The notes under the pieces were generated by a model. That model had not been told where the DNA came from, did not search any database, and was given only the letters and a program-made list of their open reading frames with translations. Shown here piece after piece: positions 30,508-41,444 of a stretch of 64,000 nucleotides of DNA. Numbering within the stretch: position 1 is the first letter of the stretch; each line of letters opens with the position of its first letter. Both the position numbers and the translations under genes were made by a program. Source of the stretch: a virus; the IMG/VR virus record IMGVR_UViG_3300008107_000157, positions 25,345 to 89,344 of that record; one strand, given 5' to 3'.

Positions 30508-31722
30508 TTAAAAGTCTAATTTAACCTTAATTGCAACTTCCTTATCAAATGATTTTTCAATTGGTTTAGATACTTTTGCAACTGCTAATAATTCGTTAGC
30601 ATCATCGTAAAGACCTACGGTAGTAATGTACACTTTAGGGTCTCTTTCAAAAGTAGGTTGAACAAATTGACCAGTTGAGCCGGTTACAAATGTTGGGTTG
30701 TTTGAGAAATTGAATTCTCTATTGTTAGCTCTTACGAAATAATGTGAAGTAGAAACGTTTTCAGTTCTACGAGCTTGGAAATCTTCTCCTTTTTTCAATG
30801 CAGCAAATAAATTGTGCATATTAGTTACGTTACTATATGTGTTAGCTGCTGATGCTGAAACAAATGTTGTTCCAACTCCTGCTCTAACAGCCGAAGGGTT
30901 TAAAATGATAACACCTGCATCTGGGTAAAATAATCCCCATCCTAATCCGTTTGATGCCGTTACTGAATTGATTGTACCTTCGTTGCCAGTACCGATGTTC
31001 AATGCACCACTAACCATATTAAATACTCTACCGCTTGAACCAACAGTTTCAGTTTGACCTGAATCATCGATTAGGGTTATCAATCCTGTTGAACCCGATA
31101 AATCGATTTGGATATTACCTGGGTCTAATTTTTCTTTGTATCTAGCTCTATTAATGTTTAATGCGTAGAAATGCTCTAAGTCGTGTCCACCTTCGGTAGA
31201 ACCGTTATAAACACTAAAGTATGTATCACCACCATCTAATAATAAGTTTCTCATTTGAGAATAGATAGCTTTGGTTGCTAAAGTTGAGCTATCAGTTTGT
31301 GATAATGTTGGTACACCACCTCCACTAATATGTGCATATGCAATAGAAAACTGAACTTCAGCTGATGCTGATGTATAGTGTTCGTTGTAAACATCTAAGT
31401 AATATTTACCACTTACCGATGAACTTTGCTCCGATGATGAATAGAATGCGGTTAAAGAACCTGCATCACTACTCCAAATACCAGAAGTTACAACTTCAGT
31501 TCTATTTGTTACTTTATCAATAGCACCAAACTTTTTGTAAATACCATTTGTTACGGTAGTTACATCGGCACTAATTTGTTCACCTTGTCCTAAGAATTGG
31601 TTTACGATGTTTACTAATTCGTTTGTATCAACGGGAGTTCCTGCGGTGTTAGCTGCACCTGCTAAGTATTGTGATAAATTACTTGCTAAAAGGGCTCCTC
31701 TATTGTCTCTTATTACTGCCAT
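30508..31722 (-). CDS. Virion structural protein (baseplate/tail associated)
   Basis: C-terminal YITTVGLYDDANELLAVAKVSKPIEK...VKLDF; own terminator suggests an abundant transcript. Confidence 0.6.
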   Translation of the reverse strand: MAVIRDNRGALLASNLSQYLAGAANTAGTPVDTNELVNIVNQFLGQGEQISADVTTVTNGIYKKFGAIDKVTNRTEVVTSGIWSSDAGSLTAFYSSSEQSSSVSGKYYLDVYNEHYTSASAEVQFSIAYAHISGGGVPTLSQTDSSTLATKAIYSQMRNLLLDGGDTYFSVYNGSTEGGHDLEHFYALNINRARYKEKLDPGNIQIDLSGSTGLITLIDDSGQTETVGSSGRVFNMVSGALNIGTGNEGTINSVTASNGLGWGLFYPDAGVIILNPSAVRAGVGTTFVSASAANTYSNVTNMHNLFAALKKGEDFQARRTENVSTSHYFVRANNREFNFSNNPTFVTGSTGQFVQPTFERDPKVYITTVGLYDDANELLAVAKVSKPIEKSFDKEVAIKVKLDF

Positions 31723-31730
31723 AGTTTATA

Positions 31731-32354
31731 TTATTGAACGTAAGTTACTGTCACTGGAATTGTTTGTGAACCACCCGTTTCGTTACCATAAACAGTTATA
31801 GTTGTTTTGATAGTCGAAGTTAAAGATGGGTTTGGAATAAATTTGAAAGTTAATCCCTTTGCAACTGCTGCAGTTGCTGATACATCATCACCAATAAAAA
31901 TAGGTACAGTACCAACATCTGCTGTTACACCTTCACCTACAATATCACCAGCGTTTTTATTTGATAATACAATTGTATATCCTAATCTTCTATTTCCGGC
32001 AGGAGATGTAGTTGGAGATAATGAAACCTCACCACTTCTTTGATTAACTGCTACGTTAGGAACACCAAATTCTACAACTGGGATTCTTGTAGTATTTTTT
32101 GGAAGTGTTACAATTTTGTATTTCATCACCTGAGTCTCATCAGGAGATGCTTCTAATACAGGCATATTTTTGATTGCTGCGTCATAATAAGCCGAACCCA
32201 ATGGGTGTGCTGGCTCATATAAAGAGTAATCAATTTCATCGTCTGCTAAAGCAAATTGGGTAATATTTAAACCCAAACCTGCTGCTAATTTTTCTCTACC
32301 TTTTTTAGTAAGAATTGCATCAACTGTCAATTCATTATTACTTAAATATCCCAT
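31731..32354 (-). CDS. Virion structural protein
   Basis: DAILTKKGREKLA...ITQFALADDEIDYSLY, beta-rich C-terminus; preceded by a tandem late motif. Confidence 0.6.
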   Translation of the reverse strand: MGYLSNNELTVDAILTKKGREKLAAGLGLNITQFALADDEIDYSLYEPAHPLGSAYYDAAIKNMPVLEASPDETQVMKYKIVTLPKNTTRIPVVEFGVPNVAVNQRSGEVSLSPTTSPAGNRRLGYTIVLSNKNAGDIVGEGVTADVGTVPIFIGDDVSATAAVAKGLTFKFIPNPSLTSTIKTTITVYGNETGGSQTIPVTVTYVQ

Positions 32355-32376
32355 AGTTTTTTAATTATCTTTGTTT

Positions 32377-32390
32377 ATAAATATAAATAT
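32377..32390 (-). promoter_or_regulatory. Tandem overlapping ATATTTAT late promoter motifs
   Basis: Plus strand ATAAATATAAATAT in the intergenic region. Confidence 0.55.
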
Positions 32391-32402
32391 TTTAAAATTC
32401 CG

Positions 32403-35400
32403 TTATTCCACTTCTAATATTGGTTCACTTGCATCTCTACCTGCTTTGTTTACTCTTAATGTGTTTGGATTTGTTAAGAATGTTTCAACAGGCGGTGTAC
32501 CATCTAATGTAGTTGCTGCAGTATTTTTTGAACCCTTATAGAATGAATTTTGTAATCCTCTTGTCAAATCCGTTGTGTTTCTATAATGTGTTGGCAAGTA
32601 TCCATTTAATGGAATTACTTTTACATTTGCATTTGATGATGTTAATGCGGATGAGCCAGAAAATGGTTGTATATTTAATTTTGTTTCAACATAAGTATCA
32701 GTTCCAACTTTATTATAAAGTCCACTAACACCCACACTTCCTGTTAAATATACATATTCTCTCGTTTTAGTTTCTTTTATTAATTGTACCCTAACTCTTT
32801 CCTTTTTAAGATTACCATCTTTATCATAGTAAGTTCTTATAGCAGAACCACTTTGTGCATAAATACCAAATCCTAATGTTTCATAATCATTTTGTCCAAC
32901 AACAACGTTGCCATTTATTAATTCAACTTCGGTTAATATGGTTGGTACATCAAATATAGAATCTATACTTGCCGTATATTGATATGAATTACCTTCTAAT
33001 AGTGAAAATTCTTTTGCATCTATTGTAGATGTATATTGATATGATTCTCCATTTAAAATTGCTGCTGATGCTGAATCCAAAGTTGCATCATATTGATTGT
33101 TTTCACCAACTAATGAATATTCACTTTCAGTATCTAAAACAACATCGTATTGTATGTGTTCCGCTGATAATAATTCATTTCCATATTTTATTACCGATTC
33201 ATAATCATTATGTTCACCAACTGGTTTTGAATGTTGGTGTTTGCTTCTTTCTAAAATGTGTGGTTCAATTAAAAGACCTGTACTAGCTTTAACTCTAGCC
33301 GGCAACATCTTCTTAATATCTTCAAACATAGATTTCTCATATAGTTTGATTAAGTTGATGTATGCGTAGATATCTCTACCATCAAATCTCTGGAAGTAAT
33401 AGTGTCTTAATTTATCTAAACTCTTATAAGTATCTTTATATCTATCAGATGGGTCACCGATATAGTTATCTAAGTTAATTCCACCAAACGATTTAGCAAT
33501 ATCAATATTCAACTCTTTTGTAGGAGAGAAGAATAAACCAATTCTGTTAGAATCAGTTGGAGATTGGTCAAATGCTTTTTTAGTAGAACGAGTCTTTGAT
33601 GATAAATCGGAAACTAATGTTTGCTCTTCAAATCTAACTTTGTTTGTAGAGTATCTTGTAGAACCCATATCAGGAACTTCTAACACAACACTTCTATCTA
33701 TTGCTTCAAAGTTAAAAGGATAAGAACCACTATTCGGAAAATTATGTGCACTTGCCGAATATGAAGCTGATGGGTTTAGTGAATATAATTCAGTCGCACT
33801 TCCACTTTCATAACTTACTCTATCGGCACTACCACTAAAATAAATATTTGTATCTACGTTTGGTATGGATTGATATTGAGATAAGTTCTTTGGATATTCA
33901 AAGTCTAAACGGAAATGTAAATCATCAGTTGAAGATGAGATATGGTTACCATTAATCATTTCGGGAAATGAAACGTGCTCATAGAATCTTTCTTTATCTA
34001 ATGGTGTAGACCATAATCTGAATTCATCAGCCGTTCCTACGAAATCATTACCAAATGTTATATTAGACCCATTATTCCAATTTGAATTTGTTCCTAAAAC
34101 ACTTATAGTGTTTGATTCTTCAAATATTGTTCTATCTTTATCAGCCTGTCTTACATTTAATTCAAAATTATGATAGCTTGAACTAATTTCTCTACTAACT
34201 TCTATACCAAAAAATCTACCATTAAATAATGGTAATAAAGATGATGATATAGCGTTTGAGCCAGAGTAATTAAATATAACTCTACCATAGTTTTGATTTG
34301 CAGAACCACTTATATGTACACCCCAACCACTACCCGATATAACATTATAGTTATCTGCTTCGGATGGTTTTACAAAAAACTCTATTGTATCAGGTTTTCT
34401 ATTTTCGTTTGTATCAAACCAATCTATTGATAGGTAAGAGCCACTAATCATTTTTAAACCATAAGTAAGATTATCAAATACTAATTTAGATTTTGTAACT
34501 TCACTAACTTCTGGTCCACCAAATTCTAAAATTGAAAGGTTTGATGATGGGATACCATAACAACTTAATAGTGCATAAATACCTCTACGAGTACCTTTAT
34601 GTTTTAAAAGATATGGTAAATTGTTTACAATTCTTCTCCAAACTTCGTATGTTCTTTGTTTAGCAGGATTTTCATTTTTAATATTACCATCTACATCTAT
34701 ACCAAATGTATATTCCCAAAGTTTAGAATCTGCTGCAAGATTTTTTGCATCCCAATTGAATGATTTAAGAATATCAAATAATAGTTTATCTGATATTCCA
34801 TCTTTTGCTTTGTATCCTAATCCTCTACTTTTTTCAATTGCTTTAGTATGGTAGTAGATGTTATCAAAGTGTTGACCAACCATTGTAAAGAATAAAATAA
34901 ATTGGTCATTGTTTTCATTATTTACAATGTATTCCGGTATGTTATTTAAAACGTAGTTTGGATTCTCAATATCAAAATCTTCTGCTAATTCTATAATATT
35001 ATCATACCAACCTGTATTAAAAATGTTTGTTATAATATGCGATGTGCTTGATATCCTATCACCATTATTATCATATGGCCATGTTATAGAGCTTCCCGTA
35101 TTATTTGTATATAATGAAGATGATGTATATAAAAACTTTTCAAAACCATCGAATCCAGCTATTAACGTATCTTTTTTAGATTGCTGTCTATTAACTTCTT
35201 GTATTGATGCAATAGAGCCGGTATATGAACCAGATGGTCCATTAGTATAGTTTGTAGAAGCTGATAGTATTAAATTATCGTAAGCTTCAATCAATTGAAC
35301 TTTATAAACAAAGTTATCTACTCTTTCTTTAGCAGAACTAAAATGTACAAAGTTACTCCATTCATAATTATCCGAACCACTTATATAATATTCTACATTT

Positions 35401-37748
35401 AATTCATCAGTATTTATTAATGATGATGTTAAGTATGTAGAAACTAATTGAGCTGATGTTGTTGAACCACTTAATATTAAATTATCCAAAGATTCGTATG
35501 CGGTAGATTGACCACTTACAAAATCAACATCAATATTGAAATTAGGTCCTTTTATTGGTGGACATTTAACTTCATCTTGCTCCGTAAGAATTACAGTTTC
35601 AATTAATGGATTTGACATTAATTTAGTAATCCACAAAGTAGAGTTTGCGGTTATATTTGGATTTAAAGGTGTGTATAATTTAAGAATTAAAGAATCAACT
35701 TTATTTGTTACCTTTATGTTTCCTATTTCATCCGTTTCTTTATCCGATAAAGTCCAATCATCATTTTCCCAAGACGAAATTAATATTTGCTCATCATTAC
35801 CAAAATTTGTTAAGTGAGATAAATATTTACTTTCTTTTTCAGGTTCAACTATACTTAATTTTTCTGCAAATGCATCAAATATAACAGTTGAAAATATATT
35901 CTCATCTAATTGAAATGCCGGCAATCCTAAAGTAGTTATTACTTCGTATTCATTACCAATAAGCTCTTCGGCGCCACCTCTATTAAATGGTTTAAATACC
36001 AAAGTTACATTATCACTACCTGCCCAATTTGTAAATCTTTCTCTTAAAGATTTTATGTTTATTAAAACTTCTCCGTTTGGATTTAAGTTTTTAAATAAAC
36101 CTATTCTACTTTTATCTTTTAATAATAAATCTACATCCACCGTTGTTGTTGAGAACGATGTGTATTCTATTTTATATTCAATGTTAAAATCTGAAAAAGA
36201 TGGTACATCTATATTTTGCGGAAAGTTTATTTCGGTAATAGATGGAAAATCATTTACAGCAGTAAAAGTAATTAAAGTAGTAGCAGAATCTCCTGTTCCG
36301 TATCTATTACTTTTAGCTAATAAAACTATTTTTTTAGTTCCATAAACTTCAGCAAAATCATTTTTAAATGATAAAGTTATATATTGATTAGATGGTGGTA
36401 TTGATATTACTTGAGAACTCCCATCGATATAAAGTAATACCTCATCTGCATTTATCGTTCTAAATGGAATTGAAATATTTTTATCATCATCCGATTCTTT
36501 TACCTGAACAGATATTTGTTTATATACATCATCAATTTCAACAGATGGTCTTTCTACTTCTATTTCTTTTTCGAATAGAGTTACGACAGATATGCCTGTT
36601 TTTAAAAGCTCACTAGATACACTAAACGCAGATGGTTGCTTATTCCATTTGTTATAATCGGGTTCGGTTGTAGCAAACAATCCATTTGGTGTGGCTGTTT
36701 GATATATGTTTGTTAAAAAATAATTAGATGGCAGATTGTTGTATCTTATTTTAAAATCTACTCTACCTCCATTTAATTCTTTTAAATCAATTTTCTGTAT
36801 ATCATTACCATCTGATAATGATATCGAACTTTGTTTTAATATATTTTCCTGTGCTGAAAATATTATATAATCCAATATTACATTATTTCCTAATTCGTTT
36901 TTTAAATTAGAAGAAAATACAATTTCATATTCCAGCTTATCAGCTACATTTGGGTCTCCACCTAATCCACCGCCAAATCCACCTCCAGTATCGCCGCTTA
37001 AACCACCACCGCTTTTAGTTTTTGCCTTAGTTGTAAAGTTTAATGTTATAGAACCAAAATCAGAATCTAAATTTTTAGTATTATCTAGTAAATAACTACC
37101 ATCCGGTTGTAATCTATATTCGTTTATTGTTAAAACTTCAGCATATTTGTAATCAATAGCTGTTGTTTTAGGGTTAAAATTATATCTTAATTTTGGGGTA
37201 TATCTAGTTAAAAAGTTATTTCTATCATCATTATAGTAATCATCATTAAATCCAAAAATACCCCTTCTGTTTGAATTAAATCCATATGAATTTCTTCCAA
37301 ATCTTATATATTCTGGGTTTAGATAATCTATATCCAAATCCAATGGTGTATTTATTTCTTTTGGTGGTTGATATTTTTTTGTAACGCTAACTTCATAGTA
37401 TTGTTCTGCGATACTACCATCTTTAACGATTTCATATTTTTTTGTGCCGGAAAATGTAGAAGCTGGAAAGAATCCTTTTCTAAAACTCTGACCAAATGAT
37501 AATGAAACTCCGTTTTCAAAAAATTCAACTACATCATCCCCAGCCGTTAATGATATTTTAATCATTTTACTGGTAGTAGTATCCACTATATCAATCGGAA
37601 CATATGTTGGGTTTGGTGGTACAGGTGGTACATATCCTCCTCCTCCGCCTCCTCCACCATTATCAATGAAAGCAGAGTATTGACCGTTACCATCATATGC
37701 GTTTAGGGTAGGTTCTCCTCCAAAAATATTTTCTAATGCTTTTACCAC
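32403..37748 (-). CDS. Large virion/baseplate protein with LamG-like domain
   Basis: 1781 aa; LPYLLKHKGTRRGI baseplate/tail-protein-I-like motif; LamG-like TIEFFVKP...FVGTADEFRLW. Confidence 0.65.
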   Translation of the reverse strand: MVKALENIFGGEPTLNAYDGNGQYSAFIDNGGGGGGGGYVPPVPPNPTYVPIDIVDTTTSKMIKISLTAGDDVVEFFENGVSLSFGQSFRKGFFPASTFSGTKKYEIVKDGSIAEQYYEVSVTKKYQPPKEINTPLDLDIDYLNPEYIRFGRNSYGFNSNRRGIFGFNDDYYNDDRNNFLTRYTPKLRYNFNPKTTAIDYKYAEVLTINEYRLQPDGSYLLDNTKNLDSDFGSITLNFTTKAKTKSGGGLSGDTGGGFGGGLGGDPNVADKLEYEIVFSSNLKNELGNNVILDYIIFSAQENILKQSSISLSDGNDIQKIDLKELNGGRVDFKIRYNNLPSNYFLTNIYQTATPNGLFATTEPDYNKWNKQPSAFSVSSELLKTGISVVTLFEKEIEVERPSVEIDDVYKQISVQVKESDDDKNISIPFRTINADEVLLYIDGSSQVISIPPSNQYITLSFKNDFAEVYGTKKIVLLAKSNRYGTGDSATTLITFTAVNDFPSITEINFPQNIDVPSFSDFNIEYKIEYTSFSTTTVDVDLLLKDKSRIGLFKNLNPNGEVLINIKSLRERFTNWAGSDNVTLVFKPFNRGGAEELIGNEYEVITTLGLPAFQLDENIFSTVIFDAFAEKLSIVEPEKESKYLSHLTNFGNDEQILISSWENDDWTLSDKETDEIGNIKVTNKVDSLILKLYTPLNPNITANSTLWITKLMSNPLIETVILTEQDEVKCPPIKGPNFNIDVDFVSGQSTAYESLDNLILSGSTTSAQLVSTYLTSSLINTDELNVEYYISGSDNYEWSNFVHFSSAKERVDNFVYKVQLIEAYDNLILSASTNYTNGPSGSYTGSIASIQEVNRQQSKKDTLIAGFDGFEKFLYTSSSLYTNNTGSSITWPYDNNGDRISSTSHIITNIFNTGWYDNIIELAEDFDIENPNYVLNNIPEYIVNNENNDQFILFFTMVGQHFDNIYYHTKAIEKSRGLGYKAKDGISDKLLFDILKSFNWDAKNLAADSKLWEYTFGIDVDGNIKNENPAKQRTYEVWRRIVNNLPYLLKHKGTRRGIYALLSCYGIPSSNLSILEFGGPEVSEVTKSKLVFDNLTYGLKMISGSYLSIDWFDTNENRKPDTIEFFVKPSEADNYNVISGSGWGVHISGSANQNYGRVIFNYSGSNAISSSLLPLFNGRFFGIEVSREISSSYHNFELNVRQADKDRTIFEESNTISVLGTNSNWNNGSNITFGNDFVGTADEFRLWSTPLDKERFYEHVSFPEMINGNHISSSTDDLHFRLDFEYPKNLSQYQSIPNVDTNIYFSGSADRVSYESGSATELYSLNPSASYSASAHNFPNSGSYPFNFEAIDRSVVLEVPDMGSTRYSTNKVRFEEQTLVSDLSSKTRSTKKAFDQSPTDSNRIGLFFSPTKELNIDIAKSFGGINLDNYIGDPSDRYKDTYKSLDKLRHYYFQRFDGRDIYAYINLIKLYEKSMFEDIKKMLPARVKASTGLLIEPHILERSKHQHSKPVGEHNDYESVIKYGNELLSAEHIQYDVVLDTESEYSLVGENNQYDATLDSASAAILNGESYQYTSTIDAKEFSLLEGNSYQYTASIDSIFDVPTILTEVELINGNVVVGQNDYETLGFGIYAQSGSAIRTYYDKDGNLKKERVRVQLIKETKTREYVYLTGSVGVSGLYNKVGTDTYVETKLNIQPFSGSSALTSSNANVKVIPLNGYLPTHYRNTTDLTRGLQNSFYKGSKNTAATTLDGTPPVETFLTNPNTLRVNKAGRDASEPILEVE

Positions 37749-37763
37749 TCTTTATTGTTTATT

Positions 37764-37771
37764 ATAAATAT
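37764..37771 (-). promoter_or_regulatory. Putative late promoter motif GATATTTAT
   Basis: Intergenic, 15 nt upstream of GTG at 37748. Confidence 0.55.
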
Positions 37772-37772
37772 C

Positions 37773-39164
37773 CTATTGTATATTTTCTCTTTGACTCATA
37801 TCTCTTTCAAAAACTTGCTCTCTACCGTACCCACCCCCTCTTTCGAAGTAATCGTAGCTACCACCGCCGCCGCCTCCGCCGCTGCCACCTCCCGTGTATG
37901 GTGGCACATCTGCTATTGGAGTTTTAATCGGGTCCTCTTTTATTGGTTCTTCCTTAATAGGTTCAATCTTAATAATTGGGTCTGGCGGAAGTATAATTTT
38001 AATCGGCTCTTCTTTTATTGGTTCTATTTTAATAGGTTCTTCCTCAACCGGTGGGTTTGGTGGTAAATCAAATATTGGAAGAATTTCTTTTGGTGGTGGA
38101 ACTATATCAATTGGGTCTGTTTTTATAGTGTATATTTTACTTCCCTTTACATTTAATTCAACTTTCTCTGGGTTATAAACATTCCTTACTCTATTTTCTT
38201 CAACTTTTATTTCACCAACCAAATCCTTAACTTCTTTTTTAAGTTCGGTAATTTCGAATTCTTTTGGAAGAGTTTTAATAGCTATATTTCTTCTTTTTAA
38301 AGTTTTAGTATGATAATCTATACAATTTCTTAATATAGAATACATCTCACTTAATAATCTACTAAAATCATATTGTTCACAATCTTCAAATCTAATTGCC
38401 GATGGTTTTCCAAAATTAGATTCGGCAACATTGTAGTTTTTATTTGTTGTCCAATATGTTACACTATCTTTAAAATCTCTGAATATTCTTTTTTTAAATC
38501 CATCAAAATCAGATAATCCAAAGTCTGTTCTAAGAACTGATAAAAAATCTTTACCAAATCTGGCAACCATAGCATCGGTAATTGAATCCAAATATGTAAC
38601 TTCAAATGAATCCAATGCATCTAATATATTTTTTCTATAATATTTAAAATCTTTATTTAGATTATTTATGTTTTCAAATTCTTTTTCAGTTCTTTTGTTA
38701 ATCGTAGAATCTTTTGTTTTCAACGGAAGTACACGAATTTCTTCTCTCGATGGGGATATCTCTTGTATCCAAACTCTACTTAAATCATTATCAGTTCCAA
38801 CTCTATTTCTTACAAAGTTTATTATAACTTTAAGAATACCATTTGTAAATCCTAAGTCATTTAATAGTTTTTCAATATCAATTGCCAATTCTTTTTGACC
38901 GCCTTTGTTAGTAAGGTTATATAGATAATTTTTAATATCACCCGTTTTTACATAAGCAACATTATTACCTGTTTTATGTGGAAGAAGATTGTTGTTTATA
39001 TCATAAACGGATACTTCCATTACATCGTATTTACAATCACCAAAGTCAGTATCTTCTACTTCGTTTTTTGTGACAATAAATTTATCATCCTTCATCAAAA
39101 ATTCACCTTGATTGGATTTATTTATGTCGATTGAATCGAAGTTTGTATATTTTGTAATACTCAT
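37773..39164 (-). CDS. Putative virion protein with Pro/Glu/Ile/Lys-rich repeat tail
   Basis: WIQEISPSREEIR; C-terminal EPIK repeats and poly-Gly. Confidence 0.6.
   Translation of the reverse strand: MSITKYTNFDSIDINKSNQGEFLMKDDKFIVTKNEVEDTDFGDCKYDVMEVSVYDINNNLLPHKTGNNVAYVKTGDIKNYLYNLTNKGGQKELAIDIEKLLNDLGFTNGILKVIINFVRNRVGTDNDLSRVWIQEISPSREEIRVLPLKTKDSTINKRTEKEFENINNLNKDFKYYRKNILDALDSFEVTYLDSITDAMVARFGKDFLSVLRTDFGLSDFDGFKKRIFRDFKDSVTYWTTNKNYNVAESNFGKPSAIRFEDCEQYDFSRLLSEMYSILRNCIDYHTKTLKRRNIAIKTLPKEFEITELKKEVKDLVGEIKVEENRVRNVYNPEKVELNVKGSKIYTIKTDPIDIVPPPKEILPIFDLPPNPPVEEEPIKIEPIKEEPIKIILPPDPIIKIEPIKEEPIKEDPIKTPIADVPPYTGGGSGGGGGGGSYDYFERGGGYGREQVFERDMSQRENIQ
37920..38045 (-). repeat. Imperfect pentapeptide (xEPIK) tandem repeat
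   Basis: EEEPIKIEPIKEEPIKIILPPDPIIKIEPIKEEPIKEDPIK. Confidence 0.75.
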
Positions 39165-39174
39165 AATTTATTTA

Positions 39175-40326
39175 TTAATATGATTTCGGATGGTATTTAC
39201 CAAAACCGGCATCATAAGTTTTTTCTTTAGATGTTCCATCGGCGCGTGTAATGGTTACTTTTAGTGAACCGCCCTTATAATCTTTAGAGCTCGTATTTCC
39301 TCCAAAAATTCCACCTTTTTTTCTGGAATCCAAATCACCAACGGTATTTTCTGTTAGAGAAAACTCAATAGATTTGTTTTCACCAGGAGCCATTGTAAAT
39401 GATGGTGATGGTATTGAGTAAAAATCTCTACCGCCAGATGGATTGGTTTTTGTTAACTTAACTGTTATTTCTTTTTTATCGTTGTTAGTTATAGTTAAAG
39501 ATTTTCCATTTTTCCATTGTGAACCACCTCCTGATTTAAATCTAGCCCATATCTTTGGTGCATTAGTATCTTCTTCTGGTTCTAATTTCACAATTGCTAC
39601 TTCATTGATAACATCCGCTCCTGCTGCAGAAGCTTGTGCTTGTGTGCCTTGTACAATAGCTTGTTGATTTTGAACTGCTCCTAATTGAGATTGTAATCCT
39701 TCTACAATGGAATTTAATGAGTCAATTTGTTTAATTAATGCCTGAATCTGAGCTTTAAATCCTGTATTTTGTGATTGAAGTGATGCTCTAAGAATTCCTT
39801 CCTCTACTGATTTTTGTAATGATGTTTGAATTTGTATTGTAAAATCATCAATTGTTTGTGTTAAGGTATTCAATTGATTAACCAACGCATCATTCGTTTG
39901 CTCTATCGTTAATCTATTATCTATTTCACTTTTTACAGTAACTTCTAAATCAGCTACCTTTTGTGTTAAATCTTCAACTTGCTTAGTTAAATCTTCATTT
40001 TCTTTTCTCAAATCAGCGTTAGTATTTACCTCATCATCGTATAATGGTTTTGGTACTAAATCTAAATTTGGTTTTGGAATATCTGGCCTAAGCTCTTTAA
40101 CTTCAACGTTAATTGCTTTTTTAATTTCAACTTCATCGTACTTCGGCTTTACTAATTTTTTAAATGCCAACGATGATGCTACATTATTTTCATCAACAAC
40201 AGTTATACCGTATTCATTTCTGGCAATAGCAGCAGAACCAGATACCTTTAATATGGTTTCTAATTCAGATTTTCTTTTTTCTTCTAGCTTTTGAGCTATT
40301 GTTTCTAATGGTGTTAATCCGTTCAT
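39175..40326 (-). CDS. Coiled-coil protein with Ig-like C-terminal domain (putative virion protein)
   Basis: Long heptad region; C-terminal LTITNND...FTMAPGENKSIEF. Confidence 0.55.
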   Translation of the reverse strand: MNGLTPLETIAQKLEEKRKSELETILKVSGSAAIARNEYGITVVDENNVASSLAFKKLVKPKYDEVEIKKAINVEVKELRPDIPKPNLDLVPKPLYDDEVNTNADLRKENEDLTKQVEDLTQKVADLEVTVKSEIDNRLTIEQTNDALVNQLNTLTQTIDDFTIQIQTSLQKSVEEGILRASLQSQNTGFKAQIQALIKQIDSLNSIVEGLQSQLGAVQNQQAIVQGTQAQASAAGADVINEVAIVKLEPEEDTNAPKIWARFKSGGGSQWKNGKSLTITNNDKKEITVKLTKTNPSGGRDFYSIPSPSFTMAPGENKSIEFSLTENTVGDLDSRKKGGIFGGNTSSKDYKGGSLKVTITRADGTSKEKTYDAGFGKYHPKSY

Positions 40327-41444
40327 TAATCTACTATTTCAAATAAGTATCTTTCATCAATTATTGTTGACCAAGTAACTCCTTGCTGGTCGATATCATC
40401 TACTCTAAATTTTATTTTATAAGTTCTATTTGTAGGATAATTATCTAAATACAGCCAAAAGTAATTTGAAGTATTATCTGCACTTATTTGTGTGTATGTA
40501 CTAAATGGACAAATAACATCTCCTGTTTTATAATCTTCTATTTGATAAAAGGTTGGTATTGGTAATTTTTTAGATTGAGCGTATTCAAATGTATTACTAA
40601 ATGATTTTAGTGGATACATATCTCTAGCTTTTACTCTTATTTTTGTCCTAGTATTTTGTTTATATTCTTTTTGTAAATTTAAAACAACCAACTTATATCC
40701 ATCGTTAACAGACCCCGAAGGAGTTGATAAAGTTGAAGCATATGAAAAATCAAACCAATCAATTTCTAATTTTGGTTCGTATATAGTATTTGTTTCTTTT
40801 GAAAAGAATTTTAATAAACCATAATCAGTTGTATCGCTCTCATTTTCTAAGCTATGATGTATTATAAACCCATTATTATCAAATCCTCCGCTTGCAGAAC
40901 CACTAATCCATAGTTTCGTTATATCCGTAACATCCATTCTAATATCAGCTTCTTCATAACTGAATGATTGTGATGCTTGTGAAGCAGTGTACCAAGTTCC
41001 ACCTTCTGCATTTGCTGAACCAGTTGTTCCTACATTAAATACTGCAGTTCCTGCTATTGTATTATCTTGCCAACTATTAACACCATTTCTATATTTCCAA
41101 CTTACACCATCAGATGTTATGTTATCAAACTTTGTACCAGTTCCCATAGACCAGCTTTGAGAAACTGCGTTAGCATATATCGTATATTCCAAAGGAATTT
41201 CTTCGGCTTGTACAGATTTTAAATTTAAATATGCTTTCCAATTGCTAGCCGTTACATTCAGATTTACTTCATTTAAAGTAGATACAATCTGACTTATTGG
41301 AAATTTAATTAGAGTTCGGCAAACTTCTTTACTATCACCATAGTATAATTTACCAACCTCCAATACTTCATCTCTACCCGCATTTTGGTCGGGTTGTTGA
41401 AGATATACACTTGCATCAAAAGATGCTGTAAAAAATCTAATCAT
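40326..41444 (-). CDS. Putative virion protein (DNRLRE-like beta domain)
   Basis: DASVY...NAGRDEVLEV...RTLIKF...W..GTG...MDVTDI...NNGFII...FFSKET...PKLEI. Confidence 0.55.
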   Translation of the reverse strand: MIRFFTASFDASVYLQQPDQNAGRDEVLEVGKLYYGDSKEVCRTLIKFPISQIVSTLNEVNLNVTASNWKAYLNLKSVQAEEIPLEYTIYANAVSQSWSMGTGTKFDNITSDGVSWKYRNGVNSWQDNTIAGTAVFNVGTTGSANAEGGTWYTASQASQSFSYEEADIRMDVTDITKLWISGSASGGFDNNGFIIHHSLENESDTTDYGLLKFFSKETNTIYEPKLEIDWFDFSYASTLSTPSGSVNDGYKLVVLNLQKEYKQNTRTKIRVKARDMYPLKSFSNTFEYAQSKKLPIPTFYQIEDYKTGDVICPFSTYTQISADNTSNYFWLYLDNYPTNRTYKIKFRVDDIDQQGVTWSTIIDERYLFEIVD

